Below are positions 37,962 to 47,794 of a DNA stretch of 64,000 nucleotides, one piece after another. The stretch's first letter is position 1. Each line of letters opens with the position of its first letter. The notes under the pieces were generated by a model. It saw nothing but the letters and a program-made list of their open reading frames with translations. It was not told the DNA's origin and ran no database searches. Position numbers and translations under genes: made by a program. The stretch covers positions 1 to 64,000 of IMG/VR virus record IMGVR_UViG_3300041411_000177. One strand, written 5' to 3'. The DNA is from a virus. Lineage: Duplodnaviria; Caudoviricetes.

Positions 37962-38449
37962 TTTCTATTTGGCCGGTAGTAGTGGTGTTCAGGAATGCAG
38001 TGCTGCTTCATTGCAACACGTGCGGCGCGAGCGCTTCGGTATTTGTATAGGTGATGCACGTTTGCTACGCCGCGCTCAAATACATACACCTCAACGCCGC
38101 GCTTCGTGTGCTTGGGAATGAAATAGTATTTGGTTTGCAGCATGGGTTCGCGGAATGCATCGGTGTGAATTTCAATATCCCACATCGTGCCGATTTGCCC
38201 AGTCAGGACGGGTTTCATATCGACTGGTTGTTTCTCGATCTTTTCTTCCACGCCGTCCGTAACTTTCACACAATCACGTTGAGGCAAATCAAATGCGTAG
38301 GAAGCTGGAAAAGTCCACAGCGTCCACCGGCCAGCTTTTGGCAAATGCCCACCAAACGGACACGGCTCAACCGGTTTATGTGGTGTGGAAACCGAAAGGA
38401 TCTTGTCGGAAAGATCGAGCATTTTCCAACCTTTCGTGTCGATTGTCAT
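37958..38449 (-). CDS. hypothetical protein
   Basis: 163-aa ORF with coupled overlaps. Confidence 0.6.
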   Translation of the reverse strand: MTIDTKGWKMLDLSDKILSVSTPHKPVEPCPFGGHLPKAGRWTLWTFPASYAFDLPQRDCVKVTDGVEEKIEKQPVDMKPVLTGQIGTMWDIEIHTDAFREPMLQTKYYFIPKHTKRGVEVYVFERGVANVHHLYKYRSARAARVAMKQHCIPEHHYYRPNRK

Positions 38450-38850
38450 GGCGCCACCGGATCAATCTGAGACTTGAGGGTTTTGAACTTGGTGCTTTTA
38501 ATCTGCGCTTTGAAAGCGATGCGGGCCTTACGCAGCGAGCGGAAACGCACACCGAACAGCATTGCGCCGCCGGGCACCGCACGACAGAACAAACGTGGCG
38601 ACATAATGCGTTTGTATGTACGCTCGAACGCCTTGCGCATGGCTTCAGAATGCAGATTCGATACACGCAGGCGATTGTTCATCGACGCTTCGAAAAATGA
38701 AACATCAACATCGCAGCGGCTGGTCAGGAATTCTTCGGAAATCCCCAACGCTTCCATTCGTTGTTTCGTGAGCCATTGGATGTTTTCATGGGTAAGGCAA
38801 CCGCGTTCAGTACCGGCAGGCGGCATCCAGAGTTCTACTTGTTCGGTCAC
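38446..38850 (-). CDS. hypothetical protein
   Basis: 134-aa ORF with coupled overlaps. Confidence 0.6.
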   Translation of the reverse strand: MTEQVELWMPPAGTERGCLTHENIQWLTKQRMEALGISEEFLTSRCDVDVSFFEASMNNRLRVSNLHSEAMRKAFERTYKRIMSPRLFCRAVPGGAMLFGVRFRSLRKARIAFKAQIKSTKFKTLKSQIDPVAP

Positions 38851-38996
38851 GGCGCACTTCCTAAAACGTGAATGATTTTATTGCAGCGCTTACACCGCCA
38901 GCACGCCCACTTGCAACGGTCGGACGAATTGGCCCAGCGGTGTTTAAAGATGCACAGCAACTTGAATTTTTGTTTCTCGCCATCAACATTTTTCAC
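38847..38996 (-). CDS. 49-aa Cys-rich small protein absent from the ORF track
   Basis: MKNVDGEKQKFKLLCIFKHRWANSSDRCKWACWRCKRCNKIIHVLGSAP; GTGA overlaps at both ends. Confidence 0.65.
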   Translation of the reverse strand: MKNVDGEKQKFKLLCIFKHRWANSSDRCKWACWRCKRCNKIIHVLGSAP

Positions 38997-39718
38997 GGAT
39001 CTACCAACGCTTCAGCAGCGCCCCGGTTGATTGCACGGATGTAACGCATTTCGTAGGCACTGATTTTCAGTTTCATTGCCACATCGTCTTCGTCGCCTTC
39101 CATTTGCAGGCCTTCGCGGTAAATCGCCACCACATCAGAACTAAGCAACGCAATCAGGCGTTCGACTTGTTTGTCAGTCAGATAAACACCCTTACGCAGC
39201 TTGTCGATTCGGTTATTCAGTTGGCGATAAGTTTCGGTAGAGGCCAGCCACTTGCACGCGAGTTGACGCACCGGGAGTTGGTGCGATTCTTTCGGCATGC
39301 TGTAGATAAACGTCATGAAATTTGTGAAGAATGTTTGCTGCGACGACGCGTGTTTCTTTGCAACTGTCACCATGTCGAATTTGCGACGTGCCCCGGTGAC
39401 TTGTTTTACGGTTGGTAGGCTTTTGAATTCCGTGAGCGTGTAACCGTCCACGTGAAAGTCTTCGGCGGCCTTGTAATCGGCAGGGATAAGGTCGAACGGC
39501 GCAAGGGAAATCGGATCATCGCAGACATAGCAAATGCAGTTCGCTTTTTCTGCAAGATCACGACCGGCTTCAAAACATGCAGCATCAATAAAAATCAGGT
39601 GCTTGCGTGCTTCGAAATCATGGCCGAGCATCGCGATTTGTGCGCGGGGCACCCCGAGTCCTCGAAGATGCACCAAAACTTTATCCGGCGCTGTGTGCGC
39701 GAAGCCGTAGACGATCAT
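38993..39718 (-). CDS. hypothetical protein
   Basis: 241-aa ORF. Confidence 0.6.
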   Translation of the reverse strand: MIVYGFAHTAPDKVLVHLRGLGVPRAQIAMLGHDFEARKHLIFIDAACFEAGRDLAEKANCICYVCDDPISLAPFDLIPADYKAAEDFHVDGYTLTEFKSLPTVKQVTGARRKFDMVTVAKKHASSQQTFFTNFMTFIYSMPKESHQLPVRQLACKWLASTETYRQLNNRIDKLRKGVYLTDKQVERLIALLSSDVVAIYREGLQMEGDEDDVAMKLKISAYEMRYIRAINRGAAEALVDP

Positions 39719-39852
39719 TTGCCGACTTTTTTCGTCAGCTGTTTTTTCAGCGAAGCTGTCATGCCCATGGCGTCCGAATGGAACTTGAGGGCGGCACGGT
39801 GAAAGCTGTACACGTTCTGGAATTTCAGGGTACGCAAGTCAGCATTGTTCAT
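39715..39852 (-). CDS. 45-aa small protein absent from the ORF track
   Basis: MNNADLRTLKFQNVYSFHRAALKFHSDAMGMTASLKKQLTKKVGK; ATGA overlaps at both ends. Confidence 0.6.
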   Translation of the reverse strand: MNNADLRTLKFQNVYSFHRAALKFHSDAMGMTASLKKQLTKKVGK

Positions 39853-40121
39853 TTCGTTTCTTCCTGTGCAGGTTGAGTTTCATCGAGTGCGTCTTTGTGA
39901 TTTTCTTCGATCAGTTGCAGTACGCGTGCCTTTTCTACTTCGATAGCTTCTGCCATCTGACGGATAATGTCAGGCAGCATCTGCGTCGTGTATTCTTGCT
40001 TCGGCAAATCCACTTCACAACGGACGCCGATACCGTGAACCATTTGCAGCGCTTGAATCCACCAGTGTGTCGGATGCGGTATACACATCCAATGCGCTTG
40101 GGTATTTCGTTGGTCGATCAT
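39849..40121 (-). CDS. hypothetical protein
   Basis: 90-aa ORF. Confidence 0.6.
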   Translation of the reverse strand: MIDQRNTQAHWMCIPHPTHWWIQALQMVHGIGVRCEVDLPKQEYTTQMLPDIIRQMAEAIEVEKARVLQLIEENHKDALDETQPAQEETK

Positions 40122-40441
40122 TTCACATCCCCAAGTTTAGCCCCGCGCAAAACGAGGCCGTAGGTAAGGTCGGAAAGGTTTTGAATATCGAGGGCGAACA
40201 GTACGGACACTTCAGCCACGCCAACCCACCGCACACCCAGCACGCAAGGAAACGTGCGGGGCATGTCTTGAGGATTCCGAATATTCGGCTGCGAATTGTA
40301 GTGGTCGAGTGCGTTGTCGTCTTCGTCGATATAAATCCTGTTCAGAAATTCTTCGACTTCGCGTTGATCGGAAACGATACAGGCCATGACGTTTTCAGGA
40401 AGCATCGTAGCGAACATTCGAAACTCCTTTGTATTTCTCAA
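40118..40441 (-). CDS. hypothetical protein
   Basis: 107-aa ORF. Confidence 0.55.
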   Translation of the reverse strand: MRNTKEFRMFATMLPENVMACIVSDQREVEEFLNRIYIDEDDNALDHYNSQPNIRNPQDMPRTFPCVLGVRWVGVAEVSVLFALDIQNLSDLTYGLVLRGAKLGDVK

Positions 40442-42701
40442 CCGTCACGTAGGAACATTCCGGGTGCATGTGCTTGCCTTTCTGCGTGATGATAAACACG
40501 TTGGGCACCAGCTTGCGCAGGAATGGCACGTAGCGTTCCACGAACAGGCTTGTGGTGGCCGCGTCCATGTGTGCATCGGGTTCGTCGAGGATTGCCAGAT
40601 TAACCCGGCGATCATCTTTCGCCATGATCACACACGCAAGGAAATGCAGCAGACGGAAACTATCAGATTCGGCACCGGACAATTCGCGCACGTCACTGAC
40701 GTTGCCTTGGCCCCGGTCAACGATGATATGCACGCCGTCTTCTTTGGCTTCCACTTTGAACTTGAAATTCTCTGCGAAAATCAGTTGTGCATATTTGTTG
40801 TAGTTCTGTTCGAGGCCGTACACAATTTCGTGCATGGCGTGCAGCTTCAGCCCTTTGTTGCTGTAGGCTTTCACCAGAACTTTGAAGCGTTTCAGTTTCT
40901 TGATCAGAGGTTTGTATTCCTCGACCTTGAGACTGGCTTCTTCGCGCTGCTTCGACAGCAGTTTCCATTCGGCCCGCAACGAGCTATAACGCACGGTTAT
41001 TTTATGCGCTTTGGAATACTTTTTCTCGACCTTAGCCAACTTAGTTTCTACTGCGGCCAGACGCTTGAGAATGTTGTCGTCTTCCGGCACTTCTTCGAAC
41101 TCGGCCAGTCGCGCTTTCAGGCGGCGGGCTTCGTCGATCATTTCAACCTGCTGTTCGATTTTCTCAACCGAGATAATCGGTTCCTGCTTCGGACGCTTCG
41201 GCTTTTTCAGTTCCTGCATTTGCCCGGTGATTTCGTCGAAGCGCACAGAGTTTTCCATCTGGTCTTCGAGTTTTTCCAGCTCCGCACGCAGCGCTTTGAT
41301 TTTCTTGCGCGCAGCGTAGAACGAGCGTTCATCAAACTTCAGATGCTTGATGATTTCCGTGTTTTCCTGCTTCGTGATTCGCAGTTCCAACGCATGGATC
41401 ATCGAGTGTGCTTTGCCTTTGCGCTTCTTGGCTTGGGCAATGGTTTTTTCCAAATCTTTGAGGTTGATTTTCTGCATACACGTCGGGCAATTGCCGTCGT
41501 CATGATCGTGCAGCAGGTCAGCCAACTTCATTGTCGTTTTTGCCGTGGTGTACTCTTCTTTGAGAGCTTCCATCGGATCGACTTTTTCTTTGTTGCACTG
41601 CGTCAGGAATTTACGCAGGTCAGGGTCAACATGGTCGTCCAAGTTTTCCAGTTCACGAACAGCCGCGTCGTGCTTGTCCCGAACTTTCTCAAGGCGTTTG
41701 TCTTCCGCTTCGAGTCCGTCCAGTTCTTTCCGGATTTCCTTGATACGTTTCTTCAGTGTTTTGCTGTCGCCACCGTCGCCCAATTCGTCGAGCTTTTTCA
41801 CCAGCTTTTTACAGCGGCGATCATACTCGGCATTATCCTCTTCGAATTTCTCCATCGCTTCGTGTAGCTGGTATTGCTCTTTCAGCGTTGGTTTATCAAA
41901 ACGGATTTTGCTTTGTAGTTTCTTCAGCTTGTCGTTGGTGGTCGTGTAGAACTCAACCTGCTTCGACAGGCTTTTCAGTTCCTGCCGCTGCGACTGCAAT
42001 TTCGTCACTTTCTTGGATTGGGTTTTGACGATTTCTTTCGCTTCGTCAAGTTCCTTTTCCAGCTTCTTGCTCCAGCCGTTTTTATTCAGGCCGTCGTTGA
42101 TGTTCATCAGCTGGTGGCTGAACGCATCGGATTTGTTCTGTGCGACTTTTACTTCGTCGATTTTCTTTTCGAAGAACCGACGCAGCACGTCGAACTGATC
42201 GAGACGCCACACCTCACTGATATACGTCATCCGTGCGCGTGGCGTGCCGTACAGGAATTCCAGTTTCTTTTGCGATTGCAAATGAACATAGGAATACCAT
42301 TCGTCTTGCGTAATCGGAATGATTTGCTCAATTTGCGCACGCTGATTAGCTTGACCCCGAACTTTCAGGTCTTCCCCATCGCGCCAGATTTGATAGCCAC
42401 CGGCTTGCTGGCGGATCGTCCACTTGTGCCCGAGGTTGTTAACGTCGAACTCGATAAACGATCCTTTGGAATGGATGCGGTTTTTCTTGCGGGTATCTGC
42501 CAACGGCGTCTGTTCAAAACGCACGTTAGGCAGCATAGAAAACAGCAGGGATTTACCGGCACCGTTGTTTTGGTCTTTGGAGATTTGCGAGTCGCGGTTA
42601 TGCCCGCTAACCGTGGTCAGTCCACAGTTGTTAGTGAAATCAAATTCACCCTTTTTGTACGAAACGATACCGCCAAAACGGCTACCGGTAATCTCGATCA
42701 T
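40395..42701 (-). CDS. sbcC: SbcC/Rad50/gp46-like SMC ATPase
   Basis: NGAGKS Walker A, central CPTC zinc hook within coiled coils, LSGAE signature, ILDEPDAH Walker B. Confidence 0.92.
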   Translation of the reverse strand: MIEITGSRFGGIVSYKKGEFDFTNNCGLTTVSGHNRDSQISKDQNNGAGKSLLFSMLPNVRFEQTPLADTRKKNRIHSKGSFIEFDVNNLGHKWTIRQQAGGYQIWRDGEDLKVRGQANQRAQIEQIIPITQDEWYSYVHLQSQKKLEFLYGTPRARMTYISEVWRLDQFDVLRRFFEKKIDEVKVAQNKSDAFSHQLMNINDGLNKNGWSKKLEKELDEAKEIVKTQSKKVTKLQSQRQELKSLSKQVEFYTTTNDKLKKLQSKIRFDKPTLKEQYQLHEAMEKFEEDNAEYDRRCKKLVKKLDELGDGGDSKTLKKRIKEIRKELDGLEAEDKRLEKVRDKHDAAVRELENLDDHVDPDLRKFLTQCNKEKVDPMEALKEEYTTAKTTMKLADLLHDHDDGNCPTCMQKINLKDLEKTIAQAKKRKGKAHSMIHALELRITKQENTEIIKHLKFDERSFYAARKKIKALRAELEKLEDQMENSVRFDEITGQMQELKKPKRPKQEPIISVEKIEQQVEMIDEARRLKARLAEFEEVPEDDNILKRLAAVETKLAKVEKKYSKAHKITVRYSSLRAEWKLLSKQREEASLKVEEYKPLIKKLKRFKVLVKAYSNKGLKLHAMHEIVYGLEQNYNKYAQLIFAENFKFKVEAKEDGVHIIVDRGQGNVSDVRELSGAESDSFRLLHFLACVIMAKDDRRVNLAILDEPDAHMDAATTSLFVERYVPFLRKLVPNVFIITQKGKHMHPECSYVTVEKYKGVSNVRYDAS

Positions 42702-44863
42702 TACGGTTCCAGATATTTTCGGATTTCGTGGAGTTGGTCAGCCGTCGTGCCTTGATGTTCAAAGCGCAGACGTTCTTCCAACATTTTCAGGGTCAGTAAC
42801 CATTGCGGGTCTGGTGGGAAGCGACCGAACGATTCCATACCTTCATTTACAGATACGCCGGGACTCAACAACCGCTCACCGTAGTGACCAGTTTTCTCGC
42901 TAGGGCCATTCGGGCCTTTGACGCTTTCCGGGCCATCGGCAGGATCGCGCAGCAAGTCGTTTTCTATTTCAGAAAGCGGACAATCATCAGCGTGTTGAGC
43001 AACACCGAAAACTTTGCAGAAATCGCACGTGCATTCCGTGATTGGAACCTGCAATTCGTCAGCCAGTTCATGACTCATGAATACAGTGGACGGCGACATA
43101 CCGGCTTCGAGAATTGCATCACGCAATACACCGATTTTTTCCAGCTTGTCTTCTTCAGAATCAACGATAAGATCCAGCGCGTCTTTCATCAGTAAAGACA
43201 CGTCACCGGAATGGCCGCGTGCTTTCTGCTGCAAAGCAGATTCGCTTGGTACGGTTTCAGGCAATGATGGATCGAGGTCGAGCAAGGTGGTTACACGACC
43301 TTCCTGCGCTGGCGTATCGTTACAGCCTTTCAGGAATACCCATTCCACACCGGCCACATCGGTAAGCTCTGCAACGCCGGTCAGCGTCAGAACTTCAACG
43401 ATATGTTTTTTGTCGTCCGGATGCAGATTGAATTTGCGAATGAAAACGTCGAGCTTCACACCACCGTCGAGGAAATCAGAAATATCCTTCGGGTTGAGGT
43501 TTTCAATCAGCGCGTAACTGATCAGCGGAGTATCGCGATCCGCTTTCGGTTTGAACGGTTTGTATTCCTTACCCTGATACCCGGATTTCACAGGGTAGGT
43601 TCCAGCTTTCGGTGGGAAGGTTCCGGCCTTTGGACTGGCGCTAACGGCAGTCTTTTGCGAGTAGGCCACATCGGTGGTGTGTGGGCCTTTCACGATGCAA
43701 TTCAGGTCGGTCAGGTCGTAGTCGAAATCAACCAGATACCGCGCCACATCTGCGTGGTGAATGTGCGTCGTTTCCACGATATCGAAAAGTTTGTAAGGCG
43801 CTCGAATGTTTTCGCAATATTCGTCCATGATTGCGATTGCGTCAGTTGGTTCGGTTTTACGCAACACAATGTACTGACTGCCCGGAACGTATTCCAATTC
43901 CGGGTCGAGGAATTCGCCATTGTCCCAGCACATCAGGTCGCCGCTGCATGCCACGTCTTCAAAGATTTCCATAAAACGATCTTTGTCGATGTAGTGGGAT
44001 TCTGCGAAATCCAGCATGATTTCGGTGGCGGTGAATGCGCTACGCTTTTTCAGAATGTGATTCTGAAGTTCACCGGAGAAAAGCGTAGGCAGATTGCCGC
44101 GTGGTTTTTCTTCGTGTGCTTCGGCTGCGAATTCCACCAGCGGCTGCGGCACATCTTTTTCCAAAACCGCAATCAGGCGTGCTGCCAAATCGTCGTCGGC
44201 TTCAGATTCTTCGGCCACTGCCACAACAGGCTCTTCGGTTTCCTGCGCAACTTCTTCGACGGGCTTACGGATAATTTCCGCCAACGCAGTCTGTTGCTCC
44301 ACAACCTTTTCCACGGTGATAGGTTCAGCTTTGGGCAGGGCTGCTTCCTTTTTGCTCAGCGTGTAAAACAGACCATCTTTCAGAACGGCACCATCAGCCA
44401 TGAGCATACGCATTTGCTGACCAATCACAGTTCCTTTCGAGTGTCCGTAATGCTGCGCGATATTACCAGCAGAGCGTGCCACACCATCCGCCAGCAATTC
44501 GACAATCATTTCCCGCGTAATTTTCATACCGGCCTCATAAACGGGTGCCGGTTCAGTTTTCAAAACCGGTTGGGCTTCTGGTACGTCAACGACTGGCGCA
44601 AGTTCCACAACCTCAACAACGGTTTCAGGTTCCGGATCAGGTTCGGGTGCAGCCTGTTGACGTTGTTGGAAAGCATCGGAAATGTACAGGCGATTGTTTT
44701 CGCTCGCCTGTACATAACCGGCGAGTTTCAGACGTTCGAGCGTCCGCGTCAGTTGGGTGTAATGCTTGCGTAGCTCATCCCCGTAAAAGGTCAGGGTGCG
44801 TCCTTGGTCATTCTTGATTGCGTACAGCAGTTCTACCTCATTCGCGGACAGGTCTGTCATCAC
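42701..44863 (-). CDS. large acidic protein with several winged-helix-like segments
   Basis: 720 aa; e.g. IVELLADGVARSAGNIAQHYG...MRMLMADGAV. Confidence 0.5.
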   Translation of the reverse strand: MMTDLSANEVELLYAIKNDQGRTLTFYGDELRKHYTQLTRTLERLKLAGYVQASENNRLYISDAFQQRQQAAPEPDPEPETVVEVVELAPVVDVPEAQPVLKTEPAPVYEAGMKITREMIVELLADGVARSAGNIAQHYGHSKGTVIGQQMRMLMADGAVLKDGLFYTLSKKEAALPKAEPITVEKVVEQQTALAEIIRKPVEEVAQETEEPVVAVAEESEADDDLAARLIAVLEKDVPQPLVEFAAEAHEEKPRGNLPTLFSGELQNHILKKRSAFTATEIMLDFAESHYIDKDRFMEIFEDVACSGDLMCWDNGEFLDPELEYVPGSQYIVLRKTEPTDAIAIMDEYCENIRAPYKLFDIVETTHIHHADVARYLVDFDYDLTDLNCIVKGPHTTDVAYSQKTAVSASPKAGTFPPKAGTYPVKSGYQGKEYKPFKPKADRDTPLISYALIENLNPKDISDFLDGGVKLDVFIRKFNLHPDDKKHIVEVLTLTGVAELTDVAGVEWVFLKGCNDTPAQEGRVTTLLDLDPSLPETVPSESALQQKARGHSGDVSLLMKDALDLIVDSEEDKLEKIGVLRDAILEAGMSPSTVFMSHELADELQVPITECTCDFCKVFGVAQHADDCPLSEIENDLLRDPADGPESVKGPNGPSEKTGHYGERLLSPGVSVNEGMESFGRFPPDPQWLLTLKMLEERLRFEHQGTTADQLHEIRKYLEP

Positions 44864-45996
44864 TCATTCTCGGATAAAAACGCACCAACACTGGAATAGA
44901 ACACAACCGTTTCATCAAGGGTCGCGGTATTCAATTTGAGTTCAATTTCACACAGCAGATTTTGCAGTTGCACCAGACCTTTAATTCCGGTCTTGATTTT
45001 GTGCTGCTTTGCCAAAGCGTCGAACAGCTTGCCGTTATACGGGGCATATTTGTTCATGCCGGTGTGAATGCCGATTCGGTATTCGATCAGCCAGCGGGTT
45101 TTGTTCAACAGGCCACGCACACCGCCGCACACCTTGGCAGCTTGCACCATCTTGACGTAATCGCGCTGGAATACAGCAGCCAAGAAATGTGCAGAAGTTT
45201 CGTCCAAATCCGCTTCGATATCGACAAACGAACTGAGGTCGTTCGGATCGTATTTCTTGCCCGTAGCGAGGATAGAAAGAAAAATATCCAGCTTCGACAC
45301 TGCTTCACGCATAGAGCCGTTACTGGATTCTGCAATCGTGGTCAACGCTTTCACCGCGTCTTTTTTGATCTTGTGGCCTTCCGCTTCAGCGATCACTTTC
45401 ATGCGATCAACCAGCGTGCCGATTTCAATCTGCTTGAGTCGGAAATGCGTACAACGGCTGACCAAAGTTTTATGAACAGCTTCCGGATTCGTGGTACACA
45501 AAATCCAGATTGTATTCGGTGCCGGGTTTTCAGTTGCGGTCAGTAGCGCCTTTTCAGACGGGCCACGCAGGGCGTGTACTTCGTCGAGGATAAATACGCG
45601 CTTACGGGTAGCCGGGGCGTTTTGTGCAGCAGCAATCAGATTTCGAATGCTGGCAATCGAACCATCAACCGCGCAGTCGTAGTAGGAAACGTCCGGGTGT
45701 TTCTTGAACTGGCAGCTGAAGCATTTGCCGCACAGGTTCAGTTTTTCGCAGTTTACTTGCCGACTGAAAATCAGCGCGAACGTGGTTTTACCACAACCGT
45801 ATTGGCCGCTGAACATCAATGCAGCCGGAACCTTTTGACGTTTGAACATGCCTTCGATTGCGGTCAACGTGTGGTCTTGTCCAACCACGTCTTCCAGTTT
45901 GTGCGGGCGATATTCGTTCGCCAGTTGCGAAGTTTCCAGCGTCAGTTTCTCGCCTGAACTTTTCTTAACTTTTTTCACTTTCTTTTCGGTTGCCAT
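44860..45996 (-). CDS. dnaX: clamp loader AAA+ subunit (DNA Pol III gamma/tau-like)
   Basis: YRPHKLEDVVGQ, GQYGCGKTT, C4 zinc motif, FILDEVH, SRC, GSMREA. Confidence 0.9.
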   Translation of the reverse strand: MATEKKVKKVKKSSGEKLTLETSQLANEYRPHKLEDVVGQDHTLTAIEGMFKRQKVPAALMFSGQYGCGKTTFALIFSRQVNCEKLNLCGKCFSCQFKKHPDVSYYDCAVDGSIASIRNLIAAAQNAPATRKRVFILDEVHALRGPSEKALLTATENPAPNTIWILCTTNPEAVHKTLVSRCTHFRLKQIEIGTLVDRMKVIAEAEGHKIKKDAVKALTTIAESSNGSMREAVSKLDIFLSILATGKKYDPNDLSSFVDIEADLDETSAHFLAAVFQRDYVKMVQAAKVCGGVRGLLNKTRWLIEYRIGIHTGMNKYAPYNGKLFDALAKQHKIKTGIKGLVQLQNLLCEIELKLNTATLDETVVFYSSVGAFLSENE

Positions 45997-46027
45997 GTCA
46001 CGGCCTTCAGTCTGAGGGTATGGGTTA

Positions 46028-46036
46028 TATTTACAG
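46028..46036 (-). promoter_or_regulatory. CTGTAAATA promoter motif
   Basis: About 32 nt upstream of the dnaX-like start. Confidence 0.6.
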
Positions 46037-46285
46037 TATCGTGGGCCGACGTGCTACATAGGTGCTAACGGCTTTCCGTGCTTCGTGTTCCGATGCCCCC
46101 GCATCAATTGCACGACGGAAAATCTCACGTTCCATTTTACGCTGACGCCGACTCTTCTTTTTCTTGGCTTTCTTCGTCTGCGTTGGCTTCGGCAAAGGCC
46201 GGTAGATAACCAACGTAAACACGCAGAACAAAACTACAGCGGCCACCGGCTGGAAAAGAATTTCAAACCATTGGTAGGCCGTCAT
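46031..46285 (-). CDS. small membrane-anchored basic protein
   Basis: N-terminal hydrophobic helix followed by a K/R-rich tail. Confidence 0.55.
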   Translation of the reverse strand: MTAYQWFEILFQPVAAVVLFCVFTLVIYRPLPKPTQTKKAKKKKSRRQRKMEREIFRRAIDAGASEHEARKAVSTYVARRPTIL

Positions 46286-46536
46286 TCGTTTTTACCCACG
46301 GGATAATTCTTGAGCAACAACATAATGGGATCGGTTGCGCCCGTGTAATAGATCGGATAATCCCGACCGTTCGGCCCTTTCAAAACGTGGCGTTTGTAGA
46401 CCCATGCGTTAACGGCGAGTGGATCGGGATCAGCAGTGAATTCATTGCGCACCAATACCTGCGGCGCATCCTCCAACACTTCCCGCCACTCGCCATCCGC
46501 TGGCCCACCGAAGAACATCGCGTTTTCGGTATCCAT
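46282..46536 (-). CDS. hypothetical protein
   Basis: 84 aa; FFGGPADG N-terminus, common in small phage proteins. Confidence 0.6.
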   Translation of the reverse strand: MDTENAMFFGGPADGEWREVLEDAPQVLVRNEFTADPDPLAVNAWVYKRHVLKGPNGRDYPIYYTGATDPIMLLLKNYPVGKNE

Positions 46537-46546
46537 TTATACAACC

Positions 46547-47794
46547 TTATTCGGCCATGGCCGCCTTGAGGGTTTTATCCAGAAGTTTCTTCACAGTCTT
46601 CGGAATAGTTTTGCCAGTGAGGTCGAGTGCGAAGGCTTCAGCGAACATTTCCTGTACGTTGGTGCCTGCGTATTCGCCCATCAACGCCGTCACGGAATCC
46701 GTGTTGGAGAACGAAGCGGAAGTCGGCCAGATTTCAGCCAGCACTTTGCTGTTTTGGTTCAACAATACGTTCGCGTCTTCAGGCGACATTTTGTGAACTT
46801 TCTTCAGATACGAAAGTGCTTCTTTGAACAGGGCCAGTTCGTCTTCTTCGAGGTCGCGTTGGAATTCGCGAATGCTCATTTGAGAATTGACCAGCGACTG
46901 ACACAGCGATTCCAAATCGGATTTCTTGGCCTTGGAAACTTTGGTCATTTGGTTGTACTGTTCCAGCCACAACGCACGAATCTTTTCAGGCACGAAGCGA
47001 TACCAGATGCCGTGGCCGATTTCGTGAACGAAAATGTATTGGTTGTAGATTTGGTCTTCCAGAATTTTCGGGAAGAGTTTAATCAGGTCAACCGCTTCGC
47101 CGGTTTTGAAGTTGACGCTGTAGGTGCCCGCCCACTTGCCTTTCGGATTGTGGACTTCGATACGGCTGATCGGGAACACGTTGTCCAGACCGATATCAAC
47201 GATTTTCTTGTGGGCTTTTTTCACACCGATACGGATTGCTTCTTTCTCGGCGTCGGATACTTTGCGGTAGAAGTGCATCGGGCCGATTGGCGTGTCGATT
47301 TCACCAAGGTGCGGCATGATTTCCACACCGAAAACTTTACCCGGCTTTGGATCTTTGCCGAGGTTGGCGATCAGGGTATTGGCGTCGTACTCAATGGCGA
47401 CAGGCTCATTGGTATTCAGCGTTTCTTCCAGATAGCCTGTGTTGCGTTTCGGGCTGTGCGCGAACACCAGTTTATTTTTCTTGCCGATTTGGACAATGAT
47501 GTAATCGTCCTGCTCGACCGGCAGTTGCACACGGGTGATTTCCGTGGCCGCCACTTCGGTTTTCTTTTTCTTCTTCGGCTTGTCGTCGCCTGCGAGGGTG
47601 CCGGTAACGTCACGCCCCAAGTTTTTCATTTTCTTCGGCTTGAGGTCGAGGCCTGTGCTGGCGACCAGACCTTTCTTTTTCTTCTTTTTCTTGACCGGTG
47701 CATCGTCCTCAACAACGACTTTCTTTTTCTTCTTAACCGGTGCATCTTCTGCACTGGATTTCTTTTTCTTCTTTTTCTTCAGGTCATCACTCAT
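46547..47794 (-). CDS. zincin-like metallopeptidase with poly-Lys N-terminus
   Basis: HEIGH followed by Y...NVQEMFAEAFA. Confidence 0.65.
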   Translation of the reverse strand: MSDDLKKKKKKKSSAEDAPVKKKKKVVVEDDAPVKKKKKKKGLVASTGLDLKPKKMKNLGRDVTGTLAGDDKPKKKKKTEVAATEITRVQLPVEQDDYIIVQIGKKNKLVFAHSPKRNTGYLEETLNTNEPVAIEYDANTLIANLGKDPKPGKVFGVEIMPHLGEIDTPIGPMHFYRKVSDAEKEAIRIGVKKAHKKIVDIGLDNVFPISRIEVHNPKGKWAGTYSVNFKTGEAVDLIKLFPKILEDQIYNQYIFVHEIGHGIWYRFVPEKIRALWLEQYNQMTKVSKAKKSDLESLCQSLVNSQMSIREFQRDLEEDELALFKEALSYLKKVHKMSPEDANVLLNQNSKVLAEIWPTSASFSNTDSVTALMGEYAGTNVQEMFAEAFALDLTGKTIPKTVKKLLDKTLKAAMAE

